Part shown: positions 28,510 to 42,956 of the stretch, piece after piece | How positions within the stretch are numbered: position 1 is the stretch's first letter | Layout: every line of letters begins with the position of its first letter | DNA from: the human T2T-CHM13v2.0 reference genome, Homo sapiens | Length of the DNA: 64,000 nucleotides | Strand: one strand, 5' to 3' | NCBI RefSeq assembly: GCF_009914755.1 | Contig: NC_060926.1 | The notes under the pieces: model-generated | What the model saw: only the letters and a program-made list of their open reading frames with translations | Told to the model about the DNA's origin: nothing | Databases searched by the model: none | Made by a program: the position numbers and the translations under genes

Positions 28510-29640
28510 AATTTTATGGTGTACTTTTTAACGACTTGAGAAACAAATCACATACTGTACAGTTCACCCCATTAAAGTGCACAGTTCAATGGTTTTCAGT
28601 ATATTTGCGGAGTTGTGCAACCAGCACCATCATCAATTTTGATAACATTTGCATCATCTCCCAAATAAGCCACATACCCATTAACAGTCACTTCCCAGCA
28701 CCCTGTGCTATAAAATAACTAATCTACTTTTTGCCTTAATAGATTTGTCCATTCTGGACATTCCGTATAAATGTAATTATATAATACACGGTCTTCTGAG
28801 GCTGGCTTCTTTCACTTAGCATAATGTTTTCAAGGCTCATTTGTGGTAGCATTCATTAGTACTTCATTCCTTTTTTTTTTTTTTTTTGAGACAGGGTCTC
28901 ACTCCGTCGCCCAGGCTGGAGTGCAGTGGCGCGATCTCGGTTCCCTGCAGCCTCAACATCCTAGACTCTGGTAATCCACCCACTTCAGCCTCCCAGGTAG
29001 CTGAGACCACAGACACGCACCACCATGCCAGGATTTTTTTTTTTTTCCACCGTGTTGCCCAGGCTGGTCTCGAACTCCTAGGCTCAAGAGAGCCACCTAC
29101 CTCAGCCTCCCAAAATGCTTCATTCCTCATTGCCAAATAACATTTCATTGCTTGACTATACCACATTTTGTTAATCCATTCATCAGCGAATCGACTTTTG
29201 GGTTGTTTTCACGTCTTGGTTATTATGCATAATGCTGCTATGAATATTCATATATACAAATTATTTTATGGAAATATGTTTTTATTTCTCTCTTATGTAT
29301 ACCTAAGAATGGAATTACATAGTAACTCTGTGTTTCACATTTTCAGGAGCTGCCAAACTGTTTTCCACAGTGGCTGCACCATTTTACATTTCCGCTCGCA
29401 ACGCGTGAGGGTTCCAGTTTCTCCACTTTCTCACCAATCCTAGGGATGTCTGTCTTTTTTATCACAGCCACCCTAGTGGGTGTGATGAGGCATCTCACTG
29501 TGTTTTGATTTGCATTTCCCTAATGGCTATGACATTGGGCATCTTTCATGTGCTTATCATCCATTTATACATCTTCTTTGGAGAAATGTCTATTCAGATC
29601 CTTTGTTCATTATTAAATTGGGTTTTTTTCAAGTATTAAG
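28510..29640 (-). mobile_element. L1MB-type 3' region, interrupted by an Alu
   Basis: 'aaagtgcacagttcaatggttttcagtatatt', 'ctgccaaactgttttccacagtggctgcaccattttacatt'. Confidence 0.85.
28871..29117 (-). mobile_element. 5'-truncated AluJ
   Basis: Poly-T plus reverse Alu ending at 'cctcccaaaatgc'; TSD cttcattcct. Confidence 0.9.
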
Positions 29641-30703
29641 AGTTTGGTGTACTTTTTGAACAACAAAAGACAAAATCATCAATTTGATATAATCACATTG
29701 GTTTTCTGTTTTGGCTTGGTGTTACCTTATAGTTTGTGATATTGAAATTTTGTTTTAGAAGTCCTTTTCTTCCCTAGGTCAAAAGGATACACACACAATT
29801 AATTTTACAGTTTACCCTTCACATTCAGGTCCAACTGGATTCCACCTTTGTGTGTGATGCTGGACAGTAATCTAGTTTCACTTTTCTCCATAGAGATGGC
29901 CAGTTCTCCCAACACTATTTTCAAAATGGCCTGTCTTTTCCCATTGATGTATGATGCCACCTTTATCACATGTTAGATTTCCATATGCACTGATGTCTGT
30001 CTCTGAGCTCTTTATCGTGTTTCTTCAGTCTATTCTGTTCCTTTGGTCTGTTTGTCTGCTCTCGAGCCAATTCCATACTCCTTTAAGCAGCCAGCCCTCT
30101 TTTGAAGGTCCCAGGGGCCAATCCCCATGGAAGCCTCTCTAGTCTTGAAGGTGCAACCCTCTCTGGTCCTGGAAATGCTTCTTCTCTTCTCCAGCTGTGC
30201 CTCTGTAATTATTTGCTTTGGAGTTTCTGCAGCACTTTGGTAATCTTAGTGCCCTCTAATTTTTCTGGGTAACTCATAATGTGGCCAGGGACAGACTGCT
30301 GTGAGTTTATGGTTAATGCTGTCCCAGTGAGGGACCTTGGACCAAGCCTGTCACTTTAATAAGCCAAATCTGCATTCAAATAGCCCATTTCCTAAGTCAC
30401 GTTTCAGGAGCTTCTGTAAAGCACAGTCTCAATGACTAGTGCCTTGAGATGGCCTTCTGCTCTCATTATCACTAATGTTCACGCCCTGTTCCCATGAACT
30501 GACGTGGTGCTGGATGCTGGGCTTGTGGGTGTCCAGGTGCTGTGGACAGGAGGAATAGTGCCCCGAACCTGGAGTCTGGATGGTGGTGGGCCCTGGCAAG
30601 TGATCTACCATCATCTATCTTTTTGTAGATGAGGTAACCACACCCTGGGAAGTACCTGGCTGGGCAGTTCCCTATAACATACCGCCTCTCAAACCTCAAG
30701 CTT

Positions 30704-30987
30704 GGCTGGTGCAGTGGCTCACACCTGTAATCCCAGCACTTTAGGAGGCCAAGGTGGGTGGATCCCCTGAGACCAGGAGTTCAAGATAAGCCTGAGCAAC
30801 ATGGTGAAACCCTGTCTCTACCAAAAAAAAAAAAAAAATGCGCCGGCCATAGTGGTGCATACCTATAGTCTCAGCTACTTGGGAGGCTGAGGCAGGAGGA
30901 TGGCAGGAGCCCTGGAGTTCAAGGCAGCAGTGAGCTGTGATCATGCCACTGCATTCCAGCCTGGGGCAACAGAGTGAGACCGTGTCT

Positions 30988-31021
<34 letters not shown>

Positions 31022-31030
31022 AGAAAAAAA
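30704..31030 (+). mobile_element. Alu (AluJ) with long poly-A
   Basis: Dimeric Alu; tail of about 33 consecutive A. Confidence 0.92.
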
Positions 31031-31286
31031 CTTGAGTTTATAAAAATATTGCCCTTAACAATTGACTGATACTGTACAATTTTAAAAGAGCATTTCTTCA
31101 TTATTGCATTAGACCCTTAGTACCTTCTGATGAAGTATTCAAGGACTTATATTGTTAGTTTCATTTTCAAGGTAGAGAAATTGAAGTGCAGAGGTGATAT
31201 GTGATGCCCGTGATCCCATAGCCCAGGCAGGAGTGATGGGCAGGCCCAGGAAAGACCTCAGCATTTCTGACCTGCTCTATAGGACT

Positions 31287-31655
31287 ATACCAGTCAGCCA
31301 GGACTCCCATAACAAAATACCACAGGCTGAGCAGCCGAAACAACAGAAACTGGTTTCTTACAGATATAGAGGCTGGAAGTCCCCAACCAAGGCCCGGCAG
31401 GGCTAGTTTCTGATGAGGGCTCTTCCCAGCCTGCTGACAGCCACTCTGTCCACACGTGGCCTTTCCTTTAAGTGTGCACAGGGAGGGGACATCCTCTCTG
31501 GTGTCTCTTTTCATGAGGACACTAGTCCTATCAGACCTTTACGACCTCCTTTTACCTTAATTACCTCCTTAAGACCTCATCTCCAAATGCAGTCACATCA
31601 GGGGTTAGGGCTTCAACCTACGAACTGGGGAGAAGATCCAATTCAGTCCACAGCA
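31287..31655 (-). mobile_element. MaLR LTR (MLT1A-like)
   Basis: 'ccataacaaaataccacaggctg', 'gttagggcttcaacctacgaact', ends attcagtccacagca. Confidence 0.8.
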
Positions 31656-32090
31656 TTGCTGTAGCAAATTACTGCAAACCTGGTGGCTTAAAACAACATA
31701 AACTTCCTCTCCCAGTTTTGGAGGGCCAATGTCTGAAATCACGGTTTCCACAGGGCTGCATTCTTTCTGCATACCCTTCAGGGTAGAATCCACTCCTTTG
31801 CCTTTTCCAGTTCCAGGAACCGCCTGCATCCCTGGCTCGCAGCCCCGTCCTTGCATCACCGCAACCTCTTGTTCCATCATCTCAGCTCCTACTACTCAGT
31901 CCGACCTCCTGCCTCTTATAAAGACCCTTGTGATTACACTGAGCCTCCCAGATAACCCAGGATATAATCTCCCATCTCAAGATCCTCAGCTTAACCCCCT
32001 CTGCAGTCACTTTTGCCACATTGGGGACATACTCACAGGTGCCAGAGACGAAGGTGTGGACCTTTAGGGATCATCATCCAGTTTCCCACA
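31656..32090 (-). mobile_element. MaLR LTR (MLT1B/C/D-like), directly abutting the previous LTR
   Basis: 'tagcaaattactgcaaacctggtggcttaaaacaaca', 'aagacccttgtgattacactgagcc..gataacccagga..ctcccatctcaagatcct'. Confidence 0.8.
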
Positions 32091-32599
32091 TTCACTTGAC
32101 TCTCCTAGACCACGCCCCGCTGCTCTGTAAGATGAGGAAGTAGAATAAGAAGATCTCTAAGGCCCTGGCAGATTTCTTCCTGTTGTGGCTTGTGGTTCGC
32201 CATGCTCAAAAGGGCAATGTCTGATTTGCTTTCACAGACACGTCATCTGCCAGCTGTGCTTCTCTAGCTGGGAGCACGAATGAGGTTACAACTCCGTTAG
32301 CCCACAGTTTTTTTCCTTGTACCATCCTTGCACCTTCTCTGAACTCCTCTGTATCAATAGTTTTACTTCTTAACATTATTTTCTACTCTAGAAAAACTTC
32401 AAAATGGATACATTTTGCTCAAATAATAGGCAACGTTCCCTGTTTGGGCATTTCTGTTCTTTCCTGCAGGCACTCATTTACTCATTCCACAAGTGTCTGC
32501 CAAAGGCCTGCTAGCCCCACGCACTGTGCAGGCTGTGCAGACGGATTGCAGACGCAGCCACAGGTCAGCACAGGAGAGTGAGAAGTGACTTCAGGACAC

Positions 32600-33050
32600 C
32601 AGGCACATCCGTCAGCGACCAAGCAGGAAATCGTCCAAAGGAAGAGACTCTAGAGAAAGGATTCTTTACGGAGGTATGGGTAGGGCTGGGGGACCACACA
32701 GGAGATGGCGGGGAACCCCGAGACTTCTCACAGTGGGCAGTGCCACCTTCCCTACGACTAAAGGAGCAAGGAAAGGCAGGTGAGAGCTGGAACCTAGAGG
32801 AGAAGGCTGTCGTCATGAAGGGTCAGAGCTACTGTCAGAGGTGAGATGTCAAAGCAGGGGTGGTGGGCAGAAACACCCCAGCCTCCCTCTCTACCTCCCC
32901 TCCACCTTACACCAGTGCCTCTCATTGGCCAAACCAACCAGAAGCCAATGGGAAGGGGAGCCCAAGAGATGCAACTCAAGGAGTTAGTCTTTGGAGGCAC
33001 AGAGAGGGCAGAGAGCAGCAAGAATGGATCCTGTTGGGGTGAAGCAGGAA
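32600..33050 (-). mobile_element. Ancient MaLR LTR (MLT1M/N-like)
   Basis: 'cctctcattggccaaaccaaccagaagccaatgggaaggggagccc..gatgca'. Confidence 0.5.
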
Positions 33051-33069
33051 CCAGGAAAAAGCAGACCCC

Positions 33070-33240
33070 CTGTTTTCTAGCCTGACTCTGTCACCAACTG
33101 TAATAGCTTTGCCTCCTTGGACAAGTCATTTACTCTCTGTAGACTTTCATTTTCCTCACCTAAAAGTGAACTGTGGCATGGAAATCTACTAGTTACAGGA
33201 TGATCTCTACCACCTATTTCGAATTTAATAATCTGTGGTT
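33070..33240 (+). mobile_element. MIR fragment
   Basis: 'ccttggacaagtcatttactctctgtagactttcattttcctcacctaaaagtg'. Confidence 0.7.
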
Positions 33241-34336
33241 TTAGATACACACAGAAAGGTAGAAATATACAGCTATAGATATATAAAATATATTCAACAC
33301 ACTGCTGAGCCATATGTTTGTTTTCTGTAAATATATGAAATACTGTGAAGACGTGGCTTTCTAGGCATCCTCATGTATAAATATACCGACTGGGCTTCCC
33401 TTGGGACACACCGTTTAAAGCTGACTTCCACAGAGTAAGGAGGAAAATCAGCAAACCGCTGCGTGTTCTAGCATTTGGTGGGCCAGATTTCTCTGGGGGT
33501 AGAGGGGGCGACGCTCAAGCTTCCTCAGGATTTTAATCTTACGTGGACAGCTGTTGTAGAAAAATAACAAAGCTCGCGAAGCAAACTGCTCCCTAACGTG
33601 ACAGTCTTCTCCTCCGACAAGCCGTAGATTTCCTGGCAAGGAAGGCAGACAATTAGCAACATCCACACTAGGAAGAGTTTTTGCAGAGCGAGGACTGCAG
33701 CAGTGATGGCGCCTGCCTCCCAGGAAGGGAATGAAATGAGGCATCTCCGCGCGCATTCCGGATCGGGCATCAGTATGTGACATCGCCAGCACGATGCTAT
33801 TTCCATCTGTGTGACAGTCTAATAATACCTTCGAACAGAAACAGACAGCCATCGGCCACATAAGATACCACGATGCACTGGAGAATGTGCTGGAAGCCAG
33901 CTCTCCCTTGCCGCTGGGTGACATTCTCAGTTGTTAACCCGGCGGCCCTGGGCGGCCCTGAAGCTGGGGTTTGCTGCCTTGCTAGAGGTGCCTCGTGGCC
34001 TCCTGCCATGTGGACTTTGCTTTGCTTCCTTACCCCTGCAGCCAACGGTGTACCTCTAAGAAATGAAGACCTCCATCTGTATGAGTCCAAGTCCTCAACC
34101 AACCAGGAATCCACCCTAGGAAGAGAGGCTAAGTCCCCGAGACAAGCCTATGGCTGGAGAAAATGAACCGTTAACACTTTGAAACGCAGTACAGTGGTTT
34201 GACCATCAGCAGCAATGTCAGCTGTGACCATCGGGGTGAGAGATGGTAGCAGATTCAGAGACAAGATTAACCCAAAATGGGAAGAATGGGATTTTCGAGA
34301 AGGTGCCTGGCAAGGCTGGTCCGCCAAAGGCTCTTC

Positions 34337-34747
<411 letters not shown>

Positions 34748-35125
34748 TAAAAGGGATTGGTTGTTAGTTCAAAAATAAATACAAGCATGGACATTTCTGG
34801 AATGATATACGGGTAATAGCCTACCCCTGGAAAATGACAGGAGTCCCTCAGGGGAAAAAATTGAGGTCCTGAGATAGGAAGAAGAATTTTGTCTTCATTT
34901 TATATCTCTTAGTTGTCTAAATTGTTGGCATGGGCATTATGACTTTTTTTTAATTAGAAAACACTCTTGTAAGGCACTCAACCACGCCACAGGCTCTGGT
35001 CCTCAGGTTTTCAATGAGAAAGCCGTCACCACAGAATAGTTTTCAGAAACTCTGCGATGTCTGCATGTTACACACAACCCTGGGGAAGGTGCGATGAAAG
35101 GGTTCAGTTAGAAGTGATAGAATCT

Positions 35126-35419
35126 CGCCTGGCGCGGTGGCTCACGCCTATAATCCCAGCACTTTGGGAGGCCGAGGCAAGCGGATCAGGAGGTCAGAAG
35201 ATCAAGACCATCCTGGCTAACACGGTGAAACCCAGTCTCTACTAAAAATACAAAACATTAGCTGGGCATGGTGGTGTGTACCTGTAGTCCCAGCTACTCA
35301 GGACACTAAGGCAGGAGAATCGCTTGAACTCAGAAGGCAGAGATTGCAGTGAGCCAAGATCGCACCACTGCACTCCAGTCTGGGCCACAAAGTGAGACTC
35401 CATCTTGGGGGAAAAAAAA
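35126..35419 (+). mobile_element. Alu (AluSc8/Y-like)
   Basis: 'gaccatcctggctaacacggtgaaa'; TSD agaag..tagaatc. Confidence 0.93.
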
Positions 35420-35750
35420 GAAGCTGTAGAATCCAAATAAATCAAATCAAAAGGCGATCAAACATCAAAAGAAAGGCCTCTCTCTATGTACTGACATGCT
35501 CAGTTTATAGTGGCAACCAATGACATCCAAAGAGGGCAGAAGGTCCTGCGATGGGGTCAGCTGAACAGGAGAATGGATTTTCTCTCGCAAGAGAGTACGT
35601 TATTGTGGGCAGTGCAGCTCCTGCCGGCTCTTCCTGTTCATATGAGGTTCCCCCTGGTAGGTCCCTTTCGGTTTCAAAGCCTTCCATCAGCCCCTGACAT
35701 TCTTCCAAAGAGTGGAAAGACAGCAGAGGAGACCTCTGGGAAGGCTGTGC

Positions 35751-36155
35751 TGACATGGTTTGGCTCTGTATCCCCACCCAAACCTCATGTTGAATTTTGA
35801 TCCCCAGTGTTGGAGGTGGGGCCTGGTGGGAGGTGATTGGATCAAGAGGGTGGTTTCTAACGCTTTAGCCCCATCCGTCTAGTACTGTCTCACGATAGAG
35901 TTCTCACGAGATCTGGCTGTTTGAAAGTGTGTGGCACCTCCCCCTTCTCTCTCTCTCTCTCTCTCTGGGGCTCCACCATGGTAAGACGTGCCTGCTTTCC
36001 CTTCACCTTCCGCCAGGATCGTAAGTTTCCTGAGGCTTCTCTAGAAGCAGAAGTCTGTACAGCTCGCAGAACTGTCAACCAATTAAACCTGTCTTCAAAG
36101 TAAATTACCCCATCTCACGTATGTCTTTATAGCACTGCAAGAACAGACTAATGCA
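35751..36155 (+). mobile_element. MST (MaLR) solo LTR
   Basis: tgacatggtttggctctgtatccccacccaaacctcatg ... gaacagactaatgca. Confidence 0.9.
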
Positions 36156-37368
36156 CGTATTGACCTCAGATTTGAGTATTGTCAGGCATTCTCTCCACTA
36201 CCTTATGACTCAGAGTTGTTACTCATAAGGGTGGAATTTAAGGCTTACAAAAGCCTTGATTTGGAAATACTCTACCATGACCATTTCACCTCTGGACCAC
36301 AGTCCAGATGACCTGTGCTCTAAGGTTGTTCTTGACCTTTCGTTTCATGTTCATATCGGCCTCTTTCCAACATCCAGACTCCATCCTTTTTTCCAAGCTC
36401 ACAGGCCATAGCTCCTGACCTAACTGTGGAACTTAATCACATTTTCTCCCCGAGTTCAGATGCTACAACTTCTTGAACCAAAAGTTCTAGGTCACCTGTC
36501 TTTCCCCTAGCTCCAGCTAATCTTGGCCAAGAAACTTCACTGGATGTGAATTAGAAATTTTAAGTAATTCAAATGCGGAAAAAATTCTGAAAAAAACTTG
36601 CAAATGGTTGCAAAACCATGCAACCATTAGTGCATGAAAATTACTAATACTCAAAATATTATGTATGTTCATTATGAACCAAACTATTGTCTCAACCAAT
36701 TTGCTTTCCATTGACCATTTTGCTTTCTCCCAAATGGCTTTCTGGCAAATTGTTTTCAACTATATCATTTACTACCCTGTCCGTGTCCCAGCCAAATCTT
36801 CACACGACTTTGTCATGTCACTCTTTTGCCCAGAACACTGCCTCCCCCACCAGTACCCCAGCTTTCCACTCCTACATCTTCCCAATCACAAAACATCCAT
36901 CTACACCTGCCCTGCCTCAAGCTGGGGAAAGGCACCTGAATGCATTTCTTCCTGTGACCTATCATTCCTGCACCTCTCTTCCAGCCTTGTCATAAAAACT
37001 CTGGTTACGTCTCCTCTAAGCTTCCTGTAGCCAGTGCCCATTCTACCAGTCCTCTGTTCAACGAATAATTTAATTTCTCTCATTTTGGGGAGTATAACTT
37101 AACTCTCTCCTCTCCAGCTCTACAATTCTGAAGATAAGCATTGAGGCACCACAACACATGAGATATACCCTCATGTGCAGGAAGCCACATGCAATATCCT
37201 TCATCCTACAAAACCTTTCACAATTTGGGAGGCAGGTCCTAGAAACTGCTTTCTGAAACTACATTGAGGACAGCCCTGTAGGTCATCACCACCTAACAGA
37301 GTTTTCTTCCTCTCTGGTCTGTAATTTTTATTTAGCTTTTGGATTTCTCTCCATGAATTGAAAGCTAG

Positions 37369-37808
<440 letters not shown>

Positions 37809-38744
37809 CACAAATTATCTTTCTATCAGCCTCTACTTGAAGACCTGTGAAGGGAGGAACTCATTTTCCCATTTTAACACTCCTATGCTTTGATTCCTCA
37901 TGTCTCTTTCTTCTCTTTTTCACACTCAAAATGTCTGTATTTTTTTGTTGTTGTTTCAGGCTTTTCCTCCTCCTTATAACAGACACCTTTTCTTATTAAC
38001 TCTAGGCTCCTTTTACACATTTTGTCTTTATTTCTACAATAAGTAGTATTAGTGAAGATTATTTTACCTGTTAGCTACAAAAACCTACTAGCTTAGACAA
38101 AAGGGAGAAGTTATTGGAAGAACACCGTGACAGTTGATGCAGTAGAAGGAGAGGTTAATGAACGCCCACATGGGACGATCAGGTTGCAAAGCAGCTGAAA
38201 GTACCAGAGCTGGGACTCCAAGTGTGTGTGTCTTTCTCATTCTCCCATCTCAGGCTCATCTCTGCTTTCCAGCCTTATTCCCTATCAGCCTAAGCTGGCT
38301 TTCCCCATGTGGCTGGAAGTATGGTGGCCAGCACCTGCCACATGTGATATCTTGGGTCTCCCATCATCAGAGACAGACTCCACCTTTACAGGTGCGGTGT
38401 GAGAAGTCCCAGGGACTTTCAGATGTGCTGAGCAGCCTGGCTTGGGTCAGGTTCTCAGACCAGATCCATCAACGTCGACCTGAGTCAATGAGTGTTAGCT
38501 CCCGGCTCTGAGTCCTCTAACCGTAGGATCTCAAGCCCACCCACACACTGGAAGGAAAGTGCTCTCACCAGGAGAGAGATGAACAGACAAAACAATACTT
38601 CCCTATGTAAGTGCACATTCTATGTAATAATAATAGCTATGACCACAGCAGGGAATATTGGCTGGCTGAGTTGGGCCAGATTCCTGGTGTAGATAATAGT
38701 GCCTGCCATTTGGATTGTTTGCACCTAGAATTATATTCGTATAG

Positions 38745-39597
38745 GATGATCGGCAGATAGTGGCCCTCCCCACGAAGATATTCATGTCCTAATCCCCAAA
38801 ACCTGGGAATAGGTCACATTACATGGCAAGGGGAAATTACGGTTACTCATCAGCTGATCCTAAAATGGAGAGATTGTCCTGGATTATCTGGTAGCAGCCC
38901 CTGAGTGGGTCTAATGTAATCACCAGGTTCTTTAATGTGAAATAAAGTGGCCAAAGAGTCGGAGTCAAGATGTGTGATGTAAGAAACATGAATTTGGATG
39001 ATTCTGGCTTTGGAGATGGAAGAGGACCACAAGGTAAGGAATGCCAGTGGCCTCTAGGAGTATGAAAAAGGCAAGAAAACAGATCAACAGATTCTCCCCT
39101 AGAGCCTCCAGATGAAAAGCAGCCCTCCCAACACCTGATCTTAGCCGTGAGATCCATTTTGGAATCTTTCTATATAAGTTCTATAATAAATTTGTGGCTG
39201 GGTGCAATGGTTCATGCCTGTAATCCTGGCACTTTGAGAGACCATCGAGGGATGGTTGCTTGAGCCCAGGAGTTTGAGACCAGCCTGGGCAACATAAGGC
39301 GACCCCATCTCTACCAAAAACAATTTTTTTTTCATTGGCCAGGTGTGGTGGTGCATGCCTGTAGTCCCGGCTACTCAGGAAGTTGAAATGGGAAGATCTC
39401 TTAGGTCCGGGAGGTCAAGGCTGCAGTAAGCTGTGATTGCAGCATCGCACTCCAGCCTGGGCAACAGAGCAAGATTTTGTCTCAAAAAAAAAAAAAAAAA
39501 AAGTAAAATAAAATAATAAATAAATAAATAAATGTGTATTGTTTTAAGCCTCTGAGTTTGTGAAAATTTATTACAGCAGCAATAGGAAACTAATACA
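38745..39597 (+). mobile_element. MLT1D-like MaLR LTR, interrupted by an Alu
   Basis: 'gtcctaatccccaaaacctg..ttacatggcaagggg', 'gattctcccctagagcctccaga', ends gcaataggaaactaataca. Confidence 0.85.
39197..39532 (+). mobile_element. Alu (AluJ)
   Basis: Dimeric Alu with A/(TAAA)n tail; TSD ataaat(t/g)tgt. Confidence 0.92.
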
Positions 39598-40425
39598 AGC
39601 CATTCTCCCATGCCTGCGTGTTTCCAAAAACTTATGCTCTACCCCATTAATATATACAATTTTGTCAATTAAAAATATACAAAAATACCAAAAAAAGAAA
39701 CTAATGTGCATAGTAGTGAGGTTATAAAGGGAAGGTTTTAGTTCGGAGAGAAGGGTCATCATAGCAGATAAATGAGGGGGAGCAGCAGTTCCTTTCTGCA
39801 GCCTTCGGCCTTTGAACTAGGTTTGGGGCCCTGTGTTAAGAGGGTTTGGGCTGGGTGCTGAAGGAACTGCTTTCATGAAAGAACACTGTGAGTCTCTGAG
39901 CAGAACAGAGCATTGAGAGGTGACATGACAAAGCATGTACAAAGCATGAACGGGGGAAAGGCCCTTCTCTTTACCTCTCTTCTGAACCAGTTCCACTCTT
40001 GACTCACAAAAAGCCATCAGCTTTAGAGACGCCTGGAGGCAGCATCCTTGGCATGCACATGTGCCCAACATGATGAAAACCACCAGCCAGGGGAGCTGTG
40101 AGGTCTTGCAGGCAGCAGTAGCCAACAAATAAGAGCCAGAGCAGAAAAGAAAAAAAAAATGAGTTGGATGCATGTACACAAAATACTGCAGACAATTACA
40201 GGAGCTGCCCATGGAGTCCTTCCATGAAGCCAGTCCAAGACCCCAGAGTAAGAAGCACTGGGACTATCCTTCCTTGCATTTTCCCATTAAACCTGCTCAG
40301 TTCAAGAGGACATGCACATAAACAAAATAAGGAAAGCTGTGGGCATGCTATGACCATCACACACTCACTCTGACTTTCTTAGCTTGTTATGACCTTGATC
40401 TCATGCTCAGCTCCTGTACTCTTAA

Positions 40426-40591
<166 letters not shown>

Positions 40592-42956
40592 TGATATGCT
40601 TTGGATTTGTGTCCCCACCCAAATCTCCAAACGTCCAGTTGTAATCCCCAGTGTTGAAAGTGGGGCCTGGTAGGAGGTGATTGGATCATTGGGGCAGTTT
40701 CTGATGGTTTAGCACCATCTCCTTAGTGCTGTCTCGTAATAGAATGCTCACAAGATCTGGTTGTTCAAAAGTGTGTAGCACCTCTCCCTTCTCTCTTGCT
40801 CCTGCTCCTGACATGTAAGACAGACATGCTTGCTTCCTCTTTGTCTTCTGCCATGATTGTAAGTTTCCTGAGGCCTCCCTAGCCATGCTTCCTATACAGC
40901 CTGTGGAACTGTGAGTCAATTAAACCTCTTTTCTATACAAATTAGCCAGTCTCTTTATGGCAATGCAAGAATGAACTAATACAGAAAATTGGGACCAAAA
41001 GTGAAGGCATTGCTATAAAGATACCTGACAATGTGAACGTGACTTTGAAACTGGATAACAGGAAGAGTGTGGAGGGCTCAGAAGACAGGAAGATAAGGGA
41101 AAGTTTGGAACTTCCTAGAGACTTGTTAAATTGTTGTGACCAAAGGCTGATAGTGATATGGACCATGAAGTCCAAGCTGAGGAGGTCTCAGATGAAGATG
41201 AGGAACTTATTAGGAACTGGAGCAAAAGTCACCTTTGTTATGAGTTAGCAAAGAGGTTGGAGGCATTGTGTCCCTGCCCTAGAGATCTGTGGAATTTTGA
41301 ACTTGAGAGAGATGATTTAGGGTATCTGGAGGAAGAAATGTTTAAGCAGCAGAGCACTCAAGCTCAGGCTTATATGCATGAGCAAAGAGATGATCTGAAA
41401 CTGGAACTTAAGTTTAAATGGGAAGCAGAATGTGAAATATTAGAAAATTTTCAGCCTGGCCATATGGTAAAAAAGAAAACCCCATTTTCTGGGGAGGAAT
41501 TCAAGCTGGCTGCAGAAATTTGCAAAAGTAAAGAGTGGTCAAAGGTTAATAGCCAAGACAATGGGGAAAATGCTTGGAAGGTATTTCAGAGATCTTCACA
41601 GCAGCCCCTCCCATCACAGACCCAGAGCACTAGGAGGGAAGAATGATATCGTGGGCCAGGACCATGACCATGCTGCCCTGTGCAATCTCAGGACACTGCT
41701 CCCTGTGTTCCAGCCACTCCAGCTCCAGCCATGGCTAAAAGGGCCCCATATATGTCTCAGGCTGCTGCTCCTGAGGGCACAAGCTACAAGCCTTGGTGGC
41801 TTCCAAGTGGTGTTAAAGCCTGCAAGTGTGTAGAGGGCAAGAGTTCATGCTTGGGAGCCTCTGCCTAGATTTCAGAGAATGTATAAAAACACCTGGATTC
41901 CAAGCAGAAGTCTGCTGCAGGGGTGGAGCCCTCACGGAGAACCTCTGCTAGGGCAGTGTGAATGGAAAATGTGAGGTTGTAGCCCCCACACAGAGTCCCC
42001 ACTGAGGCACTGCCTAGTGGAATTGTGAGGAGAGGGCCACCATCCTCCAGACCCCAAAATGGTAGATCCTCCTACAGCTTGCACTGTGTGCCTGGAAAAG
42101 CTGCAGACACTCAATGCCAGTCCATGAAAACTGCCCTGGGGCTGTACCCTGCAGAGCCACAGGGGCAGAGCTGCCCAAGGCCTCAGAGCCCACCCCTTGC
42201 ATCAGTGTGGTCAGGATATGAGATATGGAGTTAAAGGAGATTATTTTGGAGCTTTGAAATTTAACGACTGCCCTGCTGGGTTTCAGACTTGCATGGGGCC
42301 TGTAGCCCCTTTGCTTTGGCCAATTATTTTCTTTTGGAATGGAAGTATTTACCCAATGCTTGTATACCCATTGTTTTTATTTTACAGGCTCATAGGCAAA
42401 AGGGACTTGCCTTGTCTCATATGAGACTTTGGACTGTGAACTTTTGAGTTAATGCTGAAATGAGTTAAAACTTTGGGGGACTGTTTAGAAGGGATGATTA
42501 TATTTTGCAATGTGAGAAGGACATGAGATTTGGGAGGGGCCAGGGTGGAATAATATGCCTTGAGGTAGAATTGGCTCTGTGTCCCCAACCAAATGTCATG
42601 TTGAACTGTGATTCCCAGTGTTGGAGGTGGGGCCTAGTGGGAGATGATTGGATCATGGCAGTGGTTCCTTATGGTTTAGCACCATGTCCCTAGTGCTGTC
42701 TCATGATAGAATACTCACAAGTTCTGGTTGTTTGAAAGTGTGTAGCACCTCCCCCTTGCTCTCTTCATCCTGCTCCCACCATGTAAGACATGCTTGCTTC
42801 CGCTTTGTCTTCTGCCACGATTGTAAGTTTCCTGAGGCCTCCCCAGCCATGCTTCCTGTACAGCCTGTGGAACTGTGAGTCAATTAAACCTCTTTTCTTT
42901 ACAAATTATCCAGTCTCAGGTAGTTATTTACAGCAATGCAAGAATGGACTAATACA
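40592..42956 (+). mobile_element. Complete MST (MaLR) element: 5' LTR 40592-40983, internal 40984-42550, 3' LTR 42551-42956
   Basis: Two direct LTRs ending actaataca, MaLR internal sequence, polypurine tract 'tgggaggggccagggtggaa', 5-bp TSD CTAGG. Confidence 0.93.

Noticed and set aside
33448-33924. 158-aa ORF
   Set aside because: No recognisable homology or exon structure; treated as a chance ORF in a CpG-rich segment.
36500-37100. Possible old LTR or DNA-transposon fragment
   Set aside because: Looks repeat-like but I could not assign a family or termini with confidence.
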